Positions 17,436 to 31,193 of a stretch of 64,000 nucleotides of DNA are shown here, in pieces. The stretch's first letter is position 1, and the number at the start of each line of letters is the position of its first letter. The position numbers and the translations under genes are program-made. This DNA comes from Eledone cirrhosa. Taxonomy: Eukaryota. Under the pieces are notes generated by a model, which was not told the DNA's origin, did not search any database, and saw only the letters and a list, made by a program, of their open reading frames with translations. The stretch covers positions 376,278,001 through 376,342,000 of the forward strand of contig OZ024740.1 in the NCBI GenBank assembly GCA_964016885.1, read 5' to 3'.

Positions 17436-17776
17436 TTTTTTTTTTCAGAATGAAAAATAACCGAGGTGTCCTACACGAGTGAAAGTATAAAGAAAAAAAG
17501 ATGAAATCGAAAATGCAACTGGAGTCTTATTTTTAAAAACATATATATATTTATTTGGTTCCTTTACCGGTTTCGCAGTTCTTCTGCTTTTCAAAAGTGG
17601 AGTTAAGATGGAGGGTCTGTGGTTTTTCTCTCATCTGATGTGAGAAAAACCACAGACCCTCCATCTCAACTCTACTTTTGAAAAGCAGAAGAACTGCAAA
17701 ACCGGTAAAGGAACCAAATAAATATATATATGTTTTTAAATAAGACTCCAGTTATATTTTCGATTTCATCTGTTTT

Positions 17777-17780
<4 letters not shown>
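17436..17780. repeat. Fold-back (~140-bp arms) carrying a degenerate minimal HHR; its end is duplicated at 17262-17325
   Basis: Arms 17493-17634 / 17637-17780 contain ttgaaaa-gcag.aagaa.ctgc-GAAA-ccgg-TA-aag. Confidence 0.75.
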
Positions 17781-17814
<34 letters not shown>

Positions 17815-17892
17815 TGTGTTACCTTTTCAACATATTGTATTTTATATATATACATATCTATCTATCTATCTATATATATATATATATATATC

Positions 17893-17948
<56 letters not shown>

Positions 17949-20057
17949 ACTTCGTTTTTCGAATTCGGTTTTATCTTTTTTAGATAAGTATTTATAACAT
18001 TGCCATTCAACATTTATATCGCTGGATAAAAATGCAAATATATCTATGTATTTGCATTAACAATGCAAATCCTATATTTTGTTGCTATCACCAATAATTA
18101 TTTGACATTCATACTATTATATACACATCAAATTCCAGTAATATATACAAACATAATTACATAATACTTGTTTCAACCAAATCTAACTAAAGTCGAAATA
18201 CGTGGTGATGAAATAAATTATAATTTAGTTACGGTCATCAAGCATTCAATATATAGGTCAATATCATGAGGCTACACCTCATTGTTAAATGGTTTGCTTA
18301 TTGACTTCTGCTTTCTTTGAAAACAATATGGGCCTTATCTTTGAATAGATTAAGGGTAGTTGCATATATAATTTATTTGACAGAGATGAAATCAATACAA
18401 ACGCAAGAATGTAGAAGCATTTTCTGCATTATAAACGCGAATTATAGTAGGGACAGATAAGGAGTTATTGCAGCTAGCTTATCACCATGAAGTAAATGAT
18501 GTAAGTGGGTCATCTGACGTATGCAACTTCTGTTTAGTTTTGAAGACAATTAGACGTGAGAGATGTGTATGGTATGCGTCAGCTGAATGAGACTCGTGTA
18601 ATATGTTCCATCTTTATTCGTATTTTCAAATCAATTGTTTCCCTATTTCGGTTTGAATTATGAAATGTTTTAGCCATCAATCTATATGACCAGTTGAATC
18701 AAAGCATATACAACATAGAGTTCATACAGACTGAGAAAATAGCAACCTTATCTACGTTTCCTTTGAAATTTAACACAAGGAAATCTTAATATTTTTTCTT
18801 TTATGTTGCTTTACGTAATGTCTCAGCTGAACACAAGTAGTCTTTTTACGTGCAACATTATCAATCGAATATTGATTATTTACGCAAGTTGTAAAGATCT
18901 GGGAATGTCTACATCTCAGAACAGAATGTATCTAAAATAAACGTTTTATGAAACATATATCTTTGTTGGTTGCTGTATACACTTCATAGTTTCTTTAAGG
19001 AGAGATATTTGCCTGTATTTATTTCGTCTCGCTCTATTCATTAATTGTAATATACTTGTTCTAAACTTAGTATATTCTTTGTTTGTTATGTAATCTGGGC
19101 TCTATGCACCAGACTGTATATTCCGGCAAGTAGTAAAGTGTTCGGTATATATGCTGGTTATCTATTTTTATTTATTTCTATATGGATTATAGTGGTATGA
19201 AATAAGATCACTTATAAATTCGGTAAAAAAGCTGAACTCGTTCTACATCGGTAATTGTTGTGGATTGATAGACTCAGGAATTATTTCTAGCTTCACTGGA
19301 TTTTGAGTGGCGGAATGGGTCTGTGTCATATACTAAATGAAAGGTATCTTGCGACAGCTTTGTGCTTCTCCTTGCTTTCGGTGAATTTCAGTTCTTAATT
19401 TCAAAAAGTGCTTCGATCAGTGAGTTACACGAGTGAGTGATGCTGGGAAATAATTTCCATAATTAAAGAAATATCTTCATTTTTTTCTAAAAGATAGTGT
19501 TATAAAGAAGATTTTCCAAGAATGTCTATTATTCGTTAGAAAGTATATTTATCATATTTACATTTAAACCTGTTTTCAATAAATCTGGTCTTAAACTGTT
19601 TTCAGTTGTCTTGCCTCCGATCACAACTAGGAGCATGTCTGGATTAATATAACATAACATTTGAAAATGCAGGGCGCATGTACATGTAAAGGTTTGTTGT
19701 CTAATAGTTAGAGGATTACGCTCACAGACCCAAGAACGTGGGTCAGATTCTGGATGGATGGTGCGTTGTGTCCCAGCGTAGAACACTTAACGTAACTACA
19801 TTACTAACAAAATGGTGTATGGCATTACTTTTCTTTTGAGCAATAACGGTGGCGTGAAGTGGAAAGACTGACGAGCATCTCTGGCATGACTGACTGGGAA
19901 AGCAATATTATAGTCCGGAAAACGGAGGTTTGGTGTCAACACTGACGGGTGCTGATAATCTTTTGTTTCCATAGAAGGGGGCTTATATGCCCTATTATTA
20001 GACTATTTTATGTACTAAATGAATATGGCAAAATCTTCTATCCAGGTGTAAACTAAT

Positions 20058-20134
<77 letters not shown>

Positions 20135-20256
20135 GGAGGTGAGTTTTATTGTAGTACAATAAAGCAATGCAGATATCGGATAAGAAGCACTCTACAGTTT
20201 GTAGGACTGGAGTACACATAATATAAGATCAAAAGATGGTTAAAGGAGTTCCATGT

Positions 20257-20325
20257 ATTTTATTATGCGCATTTCAAAAACAAACATCATCATGCAATAA
20301 TATTTGTGTTTTCATCAGATAAAAC
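20257..20325 (-). ncRNA. Intact-looking type I HHR
   Basis: gttttat-CTGATGA-(~16-bp stem II)-GAAA-tgcgca-TA-ataaaat; 7-bp stem I and palindromic stem III. Confidence 0.8.
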
Positions 20326-21006
20326 AGGAGAACATGATATGAAGGCTAAAAAACACTTGTGGATAGTGCAGTTTTAAATCAACATATGAAAAGTGGTTTT
20401 AGATTGATGTGTGATATTGGGAAAAATATTTTATTTAGAGAGGGGGGGGGTGAAAAAGGGGAGGAGATGAGAGGGAGAGATGGGTGATAGAGAGAAAGAG
20501 ATAGTTTTTATAACTGAGAGAAGATATATTGTTTTACATAGAGAGGTTGAAAACCGTTGGAAGATAATGTATAAATTAAAAGAATTTGAAAATTAACGAA
20601 GGGAAGATATGTACGAGGAAAAAATATTTTATTTAGGGAGGGGGGTGGAAAGGATGAAAAAGGGGGGAGGAGATGAGAGTGAAGGTGGAGAGGGAGAGAT
20701 GGGTGATAGAGAGAAAGAGAAAGTTTTTATAACTGAGAAAAGATATATTGTTTTACATAGAGAGGTTGAGAACCGTTGGAAGATAATGTATAAATTAAAA
20801 GAATTTGAAAATTAACGAAGGGAATTTATGTATGAAGATAGAGAGAAAAAATAATAATTGTGGATGAAATGCGCATAATAAAATACATGGAACTCCTTTA
20901 ACCATCTTTTGATCTTATATTATTTATACTCCAGTCCTACAAACTGTAGAGTGCTTCTTATCCGATATCTGCATTGCTTTATTGTACTACAATAAAACTC
21001 ACCTCC

Positions 21007-21036
<30 letters not shown>

Positions 21037-21040
<4 letters not shown>

Positions 21041-21227
21041 AACCAGTAAGACCCCGACAGCTGAGCTCAAGCCGTTTCGACGGCTAATTCCGTCCAGAAT
21101 TAGCCGTCGAAACGGCTTGAGCTCAGCTGTCGGGGTCTTACTGGTTCCTATTACCCACTCTACTACCTCAAGTATTGAGTACTTTGGTGCGTTATGGTCC
21201 ACCTGGTTCCTTACCACATTTCCTTCG

Positions 21228-21229
<2 letters not shown>
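21037..21229 (+). mobile_element. Fold-back element family F1, copy A: perfect 54-bp hairpin plus ~78-nt tail
   Basis: Arms 21037-21090 / 21097-21150; the right arm contains GAAA-cggct.tgagctc.agctg-TC. Inserted in (TA)n. Confidence 0.85.
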
Positions 21230-21296
<67 letters not shown>

Positions 21297-21297
<1 letters not shown>

Positions 21298-21450
21298 TTG
21301 AACAGCTCTCTATCTAAAATCTGTAATCTCTGCCTAAATGAAAAATTTACCATTATCTCTAATCTAGATTCCATAATAAATAGACGTACAGATTTGTTTT
21401 CTATCTGCCTGCATAAATTCCATAGGACTTTTCACAATGTATACAGTTAA
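21297..21450 (+). pseudogene. PLE GIY-YIG endonuclease C-terminus
   Basis: KICNLCLNEKFTII...IINRRTDLFSICLH. Confidence 0.75.
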
Positions 21451-22402
21451 TATTCAATTCTTTATCAATTTAGAATCTTTTCTCAAAGGCACATATACAT
21501 ACACCTCTTTAAAATATACCCATCTTCCTACCTTACTTCAAAGGGCATTATACACTCTATAATACTTGTTTACTTATTACCCTCTTTCTATCTTCACCTT
21601 GTAAAATCCTTCATAACATATACATTTGTTTTTTTGACGTTAGAATATTCATCCGCAATTATTATTATTTTTTCTCTCTATCATAAAACTTTTTAATCTC
21701 AATTTCATCCTTAATTTATTATTTTTTTCTCCCCATCAACGAACTCATTCTTAATACATATTAACTCTTTATTCGCACGTATCATCAATTCCTTCAATAT
21801 ACAAACTTTAACTTCACATTATTTTTCTCAAATCCTTCTACACACAAACTTTAATAATTTTTTCTCTTCGTTAATTTTGAAATTGCCACAATACTTATCA
21901 ACATACACTTTTTTTGACGTTAGAATATTCATCCACAATTATTATTTTTTCTCTCTATCTTCATACATAAATTCCCTTCGTTAATTTTCAAATTCTTTTA
22001 ATTTATACATTATCTTCCAACGGTTCTCAACCTCTCTATGTAAAACAATATATCTTTTCTCAGTTATAAAAACTATCTCTTTCTCTCTATCACCCATCTC
22101 TCCCTCTCCACCTTCACTCTCATCTCCTCCCCCTTTTTTCATCCTTTCCACACCCCCCTCCCTAAATAAAATATTTTTTCCTCGTACATATCTTCCCTTC
22201 GTTAATTTTCAAATTCTTTTAATTTATACATTATCTTCCAACGGTTTTCAACCTCTCTATGTAAAACAATATATCTTCTCTCAGTTATAAAAACTATCTC
22301 TTTCTCTCTATCACCCATCTCTCCCTCTCATCTCCTCCCCTTTTTCATCCTTTCCAATGCGCATAATAAAATACATGGACTCCTTTAACCATCTTTTGAT
22401 CT

Positions 22403-22462
<60 letters not shown>

Positions 22463-23380
22463 ATATATCAATGATATTAATAAATGGAAACTATATTTAT
22501 AAAACCATATATATTCTATTATATATATTTCAAGGGTACCAAAACTTTGGTACGCCGTCATGAGATAAAATACAAAGTTTGTTTTATAAATATTGACATA
22601 TCCATTTATTAATATAGAAGTATAGTTATACATAATTTCCACATGGTTTTATTTCGTACAATAATTATTCTGTCCTTCTAGCTACAGATATGGTTCACAA
22701 GATTAGTTCATCCGTTTTTGTAGTGGAAGCATATCACAAATGGCAATATCACGTTTCTTTATATTGTCCACTTACATGTGCTTTGGGCGTTATTCTGAAA
22801 TCCTATCGAATGGCAAAGTTCTTCGATGAAAGGAAATAAGAGATATAATTGTCTGTTGATTGAAGCAACAAAGGAGAATTTAAAATAAATAATTGCTAAG
22901 ATTTCAAATATGTTTACTTTAATGACAATGACTGATATGTGTGTTTGTATATGTGTGTGTTCATGTGTGTTTGTGTGTATGTCCGAGTGTAGACTTGTGT
23001 GGAAGTATGGTTGTCTTGGTGTATTCACGTGCGCACGCCTGTGTATGTATTGGAAAATAAATATGTGTAGTATAAAATCATATGAGACGATATTTAGTAT
23101 TGAAATGTAAGATTCTTGGGACTCCAGCAGATGTTTTGGAAATAACATAGTGTGTATAATAGCAGTTCGAGTGATGATTGCCATCCATCACCAGATTACG
23201 GTCTTAGACTCAGCAATTCACGGGTTTTAGAATAAGCGAAGGAAAGTAAATGAAGAAGACATTACCTTCTGCATAAATAACATGCTAAGACATGCGCACA
23301 AACACATTAAATTCGAAAAGACACACACACAGACATACATACTTACTCGCTTACACCCCCCCCCCTACACACACACACAT

Positions 23381-23438
<58 letters not shown>

Positions 23439-24958
23439 TCGTAATACAGAAACTTCGAGAAAGTACTGTATTGAGTGCATGATATATTTGCCCCAAGTAC
23501 AAATAGCCTTTACTAGAAACCAAACTGACCATTAAAAGATCAAACACGATTATATTAGCTTCAACAGAATATTTTTTAATCAATACTTATCCCTCCATCG
23601 GAAGAATTTGTAACAAAGTAATAAAAATGTGTAACACCACATAGAAGCTGTTATCAGTAGCACAAAAACATAATGGGATTAGATAAAGTCTTTAAATAGA
23701 AGACTGAAATAAGTTAGAAATATTTCAGAATAGATGGAAATCTTGTGGCTATTTAGAAGTCAAATATGTTAAGAGGAAACTTAGAAATGTACATAGCAAA
23801 AATGCACGCACGAATTCCTTTTGATTCCTTAGATTCTGAAGATAAATTCACACATATATCTAGTGCGCACGGCATTAATTTTTGATTGTCAAATAAACGA
23901 TTTCAAAATATCCTTCTGAGGCGGAATAGTAACATGGGTATTAACACATTTGCTTTAGACAGTTTATTGCCTTGGTAAATATTGATGTTATAAAATGTAA
24001 TATTTTCTGGGAATACATTGAGTACAATTGCCCAAATGCCATTTCCATTACATAATGCATTCTACTGAAAGTAGAAGCGAATAAATCAATTCGTTTGGGT
24101 CTATTGTTATTAGTTCTTAAGATGTAAGATATATGTTAAAATCGTAAAAGGTTCGCGAATACAATCTTTGGTTTCATGGATGATTAAATGCGACATTATG
24201 TATGTACGGAATGTACACACACGCACACGCACACACACAAACATGAACACTCACGCCCACACCCACCCACACACACGTATATATATGTATATATATATGT
24301 ATATATATATATGTATATATATATATGTATATATATATACATGTGTGTGTGTGTGTGTATAAATATATATTTATGTGTGCAACTTGTGTGATTCTCTATA
24401 ATGTTCAAGAGTGTGGCAAAATATAGAATGGAGTATGTTCCTATGCTAATACTAACACACACATGAAAAGAGTATACAGAAAACAGACACAGAAAGAGAA
24501 ACAGATTGAAAGTGAAATAAATTGAAGAGTAAGATAAATAAAATAAGGTAGGAAGTACACCAATAGAGAAATGTAATAAATAAGGGTATATATACGAATA
24601 TATATATTTATACATATAAACATACCACGTAAGCACATTATCGACTTTGTCCAAAAATATTTCAAATGCATTTGTAATCTCTTCTTTAACTTTGTTCACA
24701 TAGCCCACGATCACTCACAAATGCATGCCTATAGATAGATAGATATATTTCTTTATTTACCATAAAGGCATAAAAAGAAGGGACAAATACAAAGGGGGAG
24801 TTTACATACAATCGAGTAAAAAGGGTATAAAATGAAAATAATCGAAAATAACCCCAAAAGGGACGGGACGTTATGGGGGTTGCACACACCCCCGAAAAAG
24901 TGTGCAATCCTTTGCCCGGGGAGCACATGTAAAAGGTGCTCCCCTCTCCTTTACTTCT

Positions 24959-25564
24959 TTACCAGTACAATCTAGATTGACCACTGTGGTTTCTCCAAGT
25001 CCAGGTATGCACAGTTGGAAAATCTAGTCGATATCTATCGACCAAGTTAAAATGGTCGGGTAACCCCTTGAGGCTGTTACACCCCCCTCTATTAGGACAT
25101 GCACCTGCATAGTCCCAACGTGCATCTAGGATGTCATTCCAATCCCCCGCTAGAAGCAGGGAACGTGACGTTCCCAGAAAAGTCTCCAAACACTGGAAGA
25201 AATCGGGCCGTTCAGCTCCGAAAGGGGAGTATACGGCGACCAGTCTCAAGGCCGCACCTTCACTACTGCCAACGTCTAGCACCAACAAACGACCCTCCGC
25301 GTCCGAGTGCACAACCTGTACGGCAAGACCCAGGTGTTTTTGCAGCAGTACGACAACCCCACCCTCACCTCCAGGTTGACAGAGAGATGCTTGCACCTCA
25401 AAGTCATCGAAGGTAGGGGTCAGCTGCCGCACGACGCTGATCCGAGTCTCACAGATAACCATTACATTTATACTACATGACCTGAGGTCATTTAGAAGCT
25501 TTGCTTGCTTCCAAGTTGAGCCCAGGCCACGTGCATTCAAACATCCTACTCTTAACACATCCAT
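24959..25564 (-). CDS. LINE ORF2 APE-like endonuclease, truncated
   Basis: CLNARGL, ICETR, GGVVVL, VAVYSP, LAGDWN, LVDRYR, TWTW..SRL. Confidence 0.9.
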   Translation of the reverse strand: MDVLRVGCLNARGLGSTWKQAKLLNDLRSCSINVMVICETRISVVRQLTPTFDDFEVQASLCQPGGEGGVVVLLQKHLGLAVQVVHSDAEGRLLVLDVGSSEGAALRLVAVYSPFGAERPDFFQCLETFLGTSRSLLLAGDWNDILDARWDYAGACPNRGGCNSLKGLPDHFNLVDRYRLDFPTVHTWTWRNHSGQSRLYW

Positions 25565-25754
25565 GTGGGCGGCAGAGCCAAAGGAGAGTGTAGAGACCTA
25601 CCTTTCCGCTTCCCGGGGTTCGGGTTGCACGACTTCCATGGGGTCGGGGTGTTGGGTGAAGGGATGTCTTGTGGTGGTGTGGGGTCGTCAGTGTGTAGTG
25701 GGGGTGGGGTGTTTGGAGTTGTGTTGGGGAGGGGAAGGGGAGGGGGAAAGCTTT

Positions 25755-27495
25755 TTAGTAGGACGCGGTTATGGGTTTGACAGAGGGTGGTCCTACGTCC
25801 TCCTTAAAATCCTTTTTTAGTTTTTGGTAGAGGTTCATTGGGATCTTAATTAGTTTTAAATGTGGGTAGTTTTCTGACGAAACAAAGTTTACACCTTCGG
25901 TTTGTACCGAAGGATTATTGTATATGAGTTCATTTAATTTATTATTGTTTCTGTTGATGTAAGTATAGTGTAATGTCTTTTTTTCCGATGGTGTGAGTGT
26001 TTCGAAGAGGGGAGGGGCAGGTTTGGTTTTGTTTGTTGCTGGAGGGGTGTTTTCTGTTTTGTTGGATTGTGTTGAGATTTGGGTGGGCGTTGTTTGTCCT
26101 TGTGTGTTTTGCACATGTTTTCTTTTTTTCCTTTTAATCTGTCTGAAGGACTCCGTTTCTTCCTCCGAATTCGTTGGGGTTATCTTCAGTGTTGGAGGGA
26201 AGAGGTATGTTTGCTGGTAATGTTTCCGTGTTGGTTTTCTTTGTGGGGGAGATGGATGTCACTATGTTAGACTGTGTTGTGTGTTGTGTCTGCGGTGGTT
26301 GTGTTGTTTTATTGAGTGAGAGGTTGGGTGGGCCTGTATTTTGTTTTGGGGTAATGTGTTGTGACTGTTTGTGTTGTGGTGGTGTTGTGGTTTTACTGAG
26401 GGACGGGTTGGGTGGGACTGAGTTTTGTTGTTTGTTTATCTGTTGTGGTGGTGGTGGTGGAGCTGGTGTTGGTAGCAGGGTTTTCTTTTTGTTGAGTTGG
26501 GGACAAGCGGCCTTCAGGTGCCCTCTGCCTGCACAGATATGGCAGGACGGCCTTCTCCCCACCACGCTAATGTTTATATACCCGTGGTCCTCTAATAGGA
26601 TTCTGTCGGGTATTTGGGCGATGCGTTCAGGCTTCATTTGTACTACCAGTTCTATACCTGTTCCACTGAACGCATTGCCTGTGGTTTTCCCAATGGAAAT
26701 CACGTTGTCGTTCACTGGATCGATGAAGCCAGCTATGAGCCAGCAGTAGTCCACATCTGGCATCATTGCATCCAGCCATATGCGCTGAGTTCTTTTCCCC
26801 ATATAAGATGGATAAAAGGTGAAATTTTTTGAACGAATCGGTGACAAAGCACATTTTTTTGCCGCCGATTCGTTCTTCATGATAATTGCTAGGCCTCCAT
26901 ACAGTCTGTCTTTTCTTATGAAAGTTGTTTCATTCAGTACTTCTGTGAGTACTGTTTTGATATCTGCTTGAGAAGGCTGTTCAGGTTTTTTTGTACTGTT
27001 GTTGATGGTCCGAAACTTGACCGTTCGGCTTTCAATGTCTTTCGTGAATTCTTGAGGCATTTTTACCGATAAAATGCCATTCTCTCCTTCACTTATGTAT
27101 TGTTTGGCGTCCGTGATCCTTCGTACCACATCTGAAATGTTTTCCGCTATATAAGTCAAAGATTTCTTTGTTTTCTGTGCAAATGAAATCTTGTCGTCTG
27201 CTTTGTTTTCTATGGTGTTATTTTCAACTGTTATTTTTTTGTTTGTTGTGTCTTTGTTTGTGTTATTAGTATTGTCATGCAATTTTTCAAATTTTTTTTT
27301 TTCGTTGTTGGAATCCAAGTCCAGATTTATGTTTACGTCATTTAATTTTTTCTCCGCAGATTCGTCCGTTTTTATTTTAATTTTTCCTTCCTTTTCTATG
27401 ACGTTAGTTGGGAAGGAAGGGAGGACTAAAGCGTGCGAGCTTACAACTCTTACCGCTGTCCCCCCACCACTATTTTCGTTCGCTGCGTTTAACAT
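25755..27495 (-). CDS. LINE ORF1 (gag-like, zinc knuckle), probably with one frameshift near 26170
   Basis: 453-aa ORF 26134-27495 with CHICAGRGHLKAAC and a Pro/Gln-rich tail; an alternative frame continues SEEETESFRQIKRKKRKH into ORF 25755-26114. Confidence 0.8.
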
Positions 27496-27730
27496 TTCTG
27501 TTAGACGATTGAAATTTTTTACACAAAATTTTTTAAAACAGGTTTTTCACCTCTAGGAGGGGTAAAGATGAGCTGACCCACCGCCTGACAGTTCAGACGG
27601 AGGGTCAAGCTACACAATTGTATCAAAATTAAGTTTGAACTCACAAAATTTCCTCAATAAATTTGAACAAAACTTCTGTGCGAAGTGAATGACATCCACA
27701 CTGTAGAACAGACGACAGCTAGATGACAGC

Positions 27731-27844
<114 letters not shown>

Positions 27845-27869
27845 TATTGATAGAATGTTAGGTAGATAG

Positions 27870-28410
27870 ATTTCTTTATTTGCCACAAGGTTGTACAAAA
27901 ATGGGACATTACAAGACGTGACGACGGGAGTTTAACATAAAATCTTTAACAATAATGAATGACAATAAACTATATTTAAAATGAAACAATCGAAATCCCC
28001 AATAGTGGGGAACGTTACTGCGGGTTTGTTTTACACCCCGTGGATAGAACAACCCTCAACACACCAGGAGCACGTTTTGTATGTGTTTCCGTCTTCCCTC
28101 TGTTTGTTTTCCTCAACCTACAGGTTTATATACAGAGAAGGCCCATTCACTCGGGCCATTTTCGCCACATTCACCCACCTTTCAACACATTTACTGGGGT
28201 GTAGCACCTCTCTATCCACTCTCACTTTCCTTCTGAAGTGGTATTTAAAGAAGGGGATTAGTTGTTGATCGGAGGGAAAGGTGTTTGCCCTCAGTCCTTT
28301 TAACTTCGTCCACCATATTACCTCTTTCGCTATAGCCACCAGACAGGAAAACCACCTGTCATTCATTCTTAAATGAAAGCGGAGGGGTGATCCTCACGAT
28401 GGACTTGGCT
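27870..28410 (-). mobile_element. 5'-truncated Tx1-like LINE (ORF2 C-terminus plus 3' UTR)
   Basis: AKEVIWWTKLKGLR...VNGPSLYINL is homologous to the end of ORF 29164-30633. Confidence 0.9.
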
Positions 28411-28448
28411 GATAGATAGATAGATAGATATATAGATAGATATATATA

Positions 28449-28670
28449 TTTCTTTATTAGCCACAGGGGCACAAAAGAAGGGGACAAATACAAAGGGGGA
28501 AGTTTACATACAATAAAAACGTGTAAAATGTTATCACAGATGGAATTTAAAAGTTAGTCGATTTTCCCCAATAGAGGGAGACAGTTTATATGGGTAACAC
28601 AGACCCCCGAAAAAAATGTGCAACCCTCATCTCCAGGAGTACGAAGAGCTTGTACTCCTTTCCTCTCCTC
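28449..28670 (-). mobile_element. Tx1-like LINE 3' UTR-only copy
   Basis: Same stem-loops and AATAAAG terminus; bounded by GATA repeats. Confidence 0.85.
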
Positions 28671-28671
28671 C

Positions 28672-28718
<47 letters not shown>

Positions 28719-28734
28719 GAGATAGATAGATATG

Positions 28735-28807
28735 TTTCTTTATTAGCCACATGGGCACAAAAGAAGGGGACAAATACAAAGGGGAAGTTTACATACAATA
28801 AAAACGT

Positions 28808-28808
<1 letters not shown>
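28735..28808 (-). mobile_element. Tx1-like LINE extreme 3' fragment
   Basis: Nearly identical to 28449-28522. Confidence 0.8.
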
Positions 28809-28853
<45 letters not shown>

Positions 28854-28860
28854 CAGATAG

Positions 28861-28891
<31 letters not shown>

Positions 28892-29163
28892 GATAGATAT
28901 ATTTCTTTTATTTGCCACTAGGGCATCAAAAGTGGGACAAGTACAAAGGGGGGAGTTTACACAAAAAGGCGTCCTCAATAAGGAGGAGGCAATAACAAAA
29001 TATAAAAATAAAATAAGATATAACAAAAAATAAAATTTTTAACAAAATCCTCAATAGAGAGGAGGCGCCTTGGGGGGTCGCACACACCCCCGAAAAAAGT
29101 GTGCAACCCTTCTCCTCAGGAGCACAGAGAAGGGGTGCTCCCTTGGTCTTTCATCTTCCTCAC

Positions 29164-30666
29164 CTATAGTCTGATGTAGAGTGAAGGCCCATTCACACGG
29201 GCCATTCTCGCCACTTTCACCCATCTTTCATAAAAACGACTGGGGTGCAGCACCTCTCTCTCCATCCTGATCCTTCTTCCGAAATGATATCGGAAGAAAC
29301 GGACCAGTTGTTGGCCAGAGAGAAAGGTGCCTGACCTCAGTCCTTTCAGACGCGTCCACCATACAACCTCTTTCGCCATGGCTATTACGCACAGAAACAC
29401 CGCCTCTGCTTCATCTTTGAAGGGGGGAGGCGGCTTGATCATTACAATAGACTCGGTGGTCAACCGGATCGGTCCCACCCTTGACAGCAGTTGTTCGACA
29501 TAGCCCCACAGATCGGCTACGCCCGAGCAGTGTACCAATGCGTGTGCAACGGTTTCCTCGTCGCACACGCATCTGGGACAGATCTTTTTGGCGGGGTCCC
29601 GACCCGGGCGCCCGTGTCTGTAGAGCCTTTCTCGAACGGGTAAAGCCCCTCGGTAGCACTGCCAGGCCAGGGACTTCTGGAAGTTGTCCATAGGTCCTGG
29701 GCTGAATGTCCTACCGAACAGGCTGGCCAGTTCGTCCTCCTCCATGTCTAGGGCTTCTCCGAGGGCGTCGTCGCACCTGCTGCGTACCAGCCCTCTATAG
29801 AATGTTGCGGTGGAGTCTCCACTGATAACCGGATCCGCCTGCCAGAGGGCGGTGAGCGCCTGGGCACACTCAGTGTGCCAGGCGCCCAGTTTTCTCGGTC
29901 TTTGCTTGACCCAGGATTGCAGCTCGGTGAGTGAGACGAGTCTGGGAAAGGTTCGTCTCACAAACGAGGCCCACACCGGTTGTCCGGTGAGGAATACGTA
30001 GAGGTGCCGTAGCCTTAATGCGTGTTTACGCATCATTAGCCACGGCATCCCCAGCCCTCCTTTCGAAGGATGTTGACAGCAGATGGATCTCCTCACCATA
30101 GGAGCCCGCCTCTTCCAAAGGAATTGGAAGAGCGCGCGCTCCATCTTGGTGAGGGTTTCCCTTGGGCAGGGCACTACGGTCAGGCGGTAGTAGATGACGG
30201 ACGCTATGTAGGTGTTCGCCACTTCCGCCCGACCTTTCAGGGATAGTTTGCAACTGGCCCACTTCTGGGTCAGTGCAAACACCCTGTTCGTAACCTCCGC
30301 CCAGTTTTTCTCCACCTGGAGGTCCGGTCCGAACCAGACCCCGAGCAACTTCACCGGGCCCTCCGTCCAGCGTCCGACGACGCTATCGGAGGGCATCGGT
30401 CTGCCCCTCCACGTGCCGAGTTGCAAACCGATCGACTTGTCCCGGTTCAGCTTAGCCCCTGTGAACCTTTCGTACTCCTCCAGTAAGGTGCCGACCGCCT
30501 CGATTTCGGAGGCCGTCGACACCATTACTGTTACGTCATCGGCGTAGGCCGACACCGCTTTCCGCAATCCCGGTTCCAAGGGGATGCCCTGCAACAACTC
30601 CAACTTCCGCAGTAGTGGCTCGAGAGTCAACACATACAGAAGGGAGGAGAGAGGGCACCCTTGTCG

Positions 30667-30667
<1 letters not shown>
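29164..30667 (-). CDS. Tx1/L1 ORF2 RT plus C-terminal zinc finger, 5'-truncated but open
   Basis: RQGCPLSPLL (read upstream of the called ORF start), SAYADD, KLLGVWFG, LSLKGR, KGGLG, CPRC..ETVAHALVHC. Confidence 0.93.
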
Positions 30668-30721
<54 letters not shown>

Positions 30722-31073
30722 GGAGTGAGAGAAAAATAACAGACAGATATCCATTCATGTCATTTAAAACACAAATGCTGTCCAACTTGGTATATTTTTC
30801 TAATTTTGTAGTCTTCTCTTTTCTTACTTTAGTTTGATAAAGTGTTTAATCCGAAAGGTCAGAGCCCTTCTTCCCTTTCTATTCGGCGGAATATGTTCAC
30901 TGTCCACACGTTGGTTATATTTTTGTGTATATATTTTATCATTCTCATGTCCCATTTTTCAATATTTTTCCCTTTATGTCTCTGTTCTTTTATTATCTGA
31001 AGTGAGCTCTTTTTTTCCTTTCGTGTTCACTTTGCCTACACACAATCACAACCACATGCAAACCACATGAGCA

Positions 31074-31150
<77 letters not shown>

Positions 31151-31154
31151 ACAG

Positions 31155-31192
<38 letters not shown>

Positions 31193-31193
<1 letters not shown>

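Larger units (their letters stand above)
20130..22410. mobile_element. Rearranged PLE 3' region with several inverted pLTR pieces
   Basis: 20130-20275 is inverted to 20865-21010; 20420-20863 is inverted to ~21930-22350; endonuclease end at 21297-21450. Confidence 0.8.
24745..27720 (-). mobile_element. Tx1/L1-clade LINE, internally deleted (ORF1 and APE joined to the 3' UTR)
   Basis: ORF1 with a CCHC knuckle, an APE domain, then directly the 3' UTR shared with the RT-bearing copy at 28901-30667; flanked by (GATA)n. Confidence 0.9.

Noticed and set aside
19690-19800. Second SINE family remnant
   Set aside because: Single, very degenerate copy; cannot be supported from this window alone.
21037-21150. 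Pre-miRNA or intrinsic terminator hairpin
   Set aside because: Multi-copy, tail-bearing and (TA)n-inserted; better explained as a fold-back retroelement end. Small-RNA production is not excluded.
26174-26749. 191-aa Cys/Gly-rich plus-strand ORF, and similar ORFs at 33449, 57425 and 30212
   Set aside because: Antisense shadows of retroelement ORFs.
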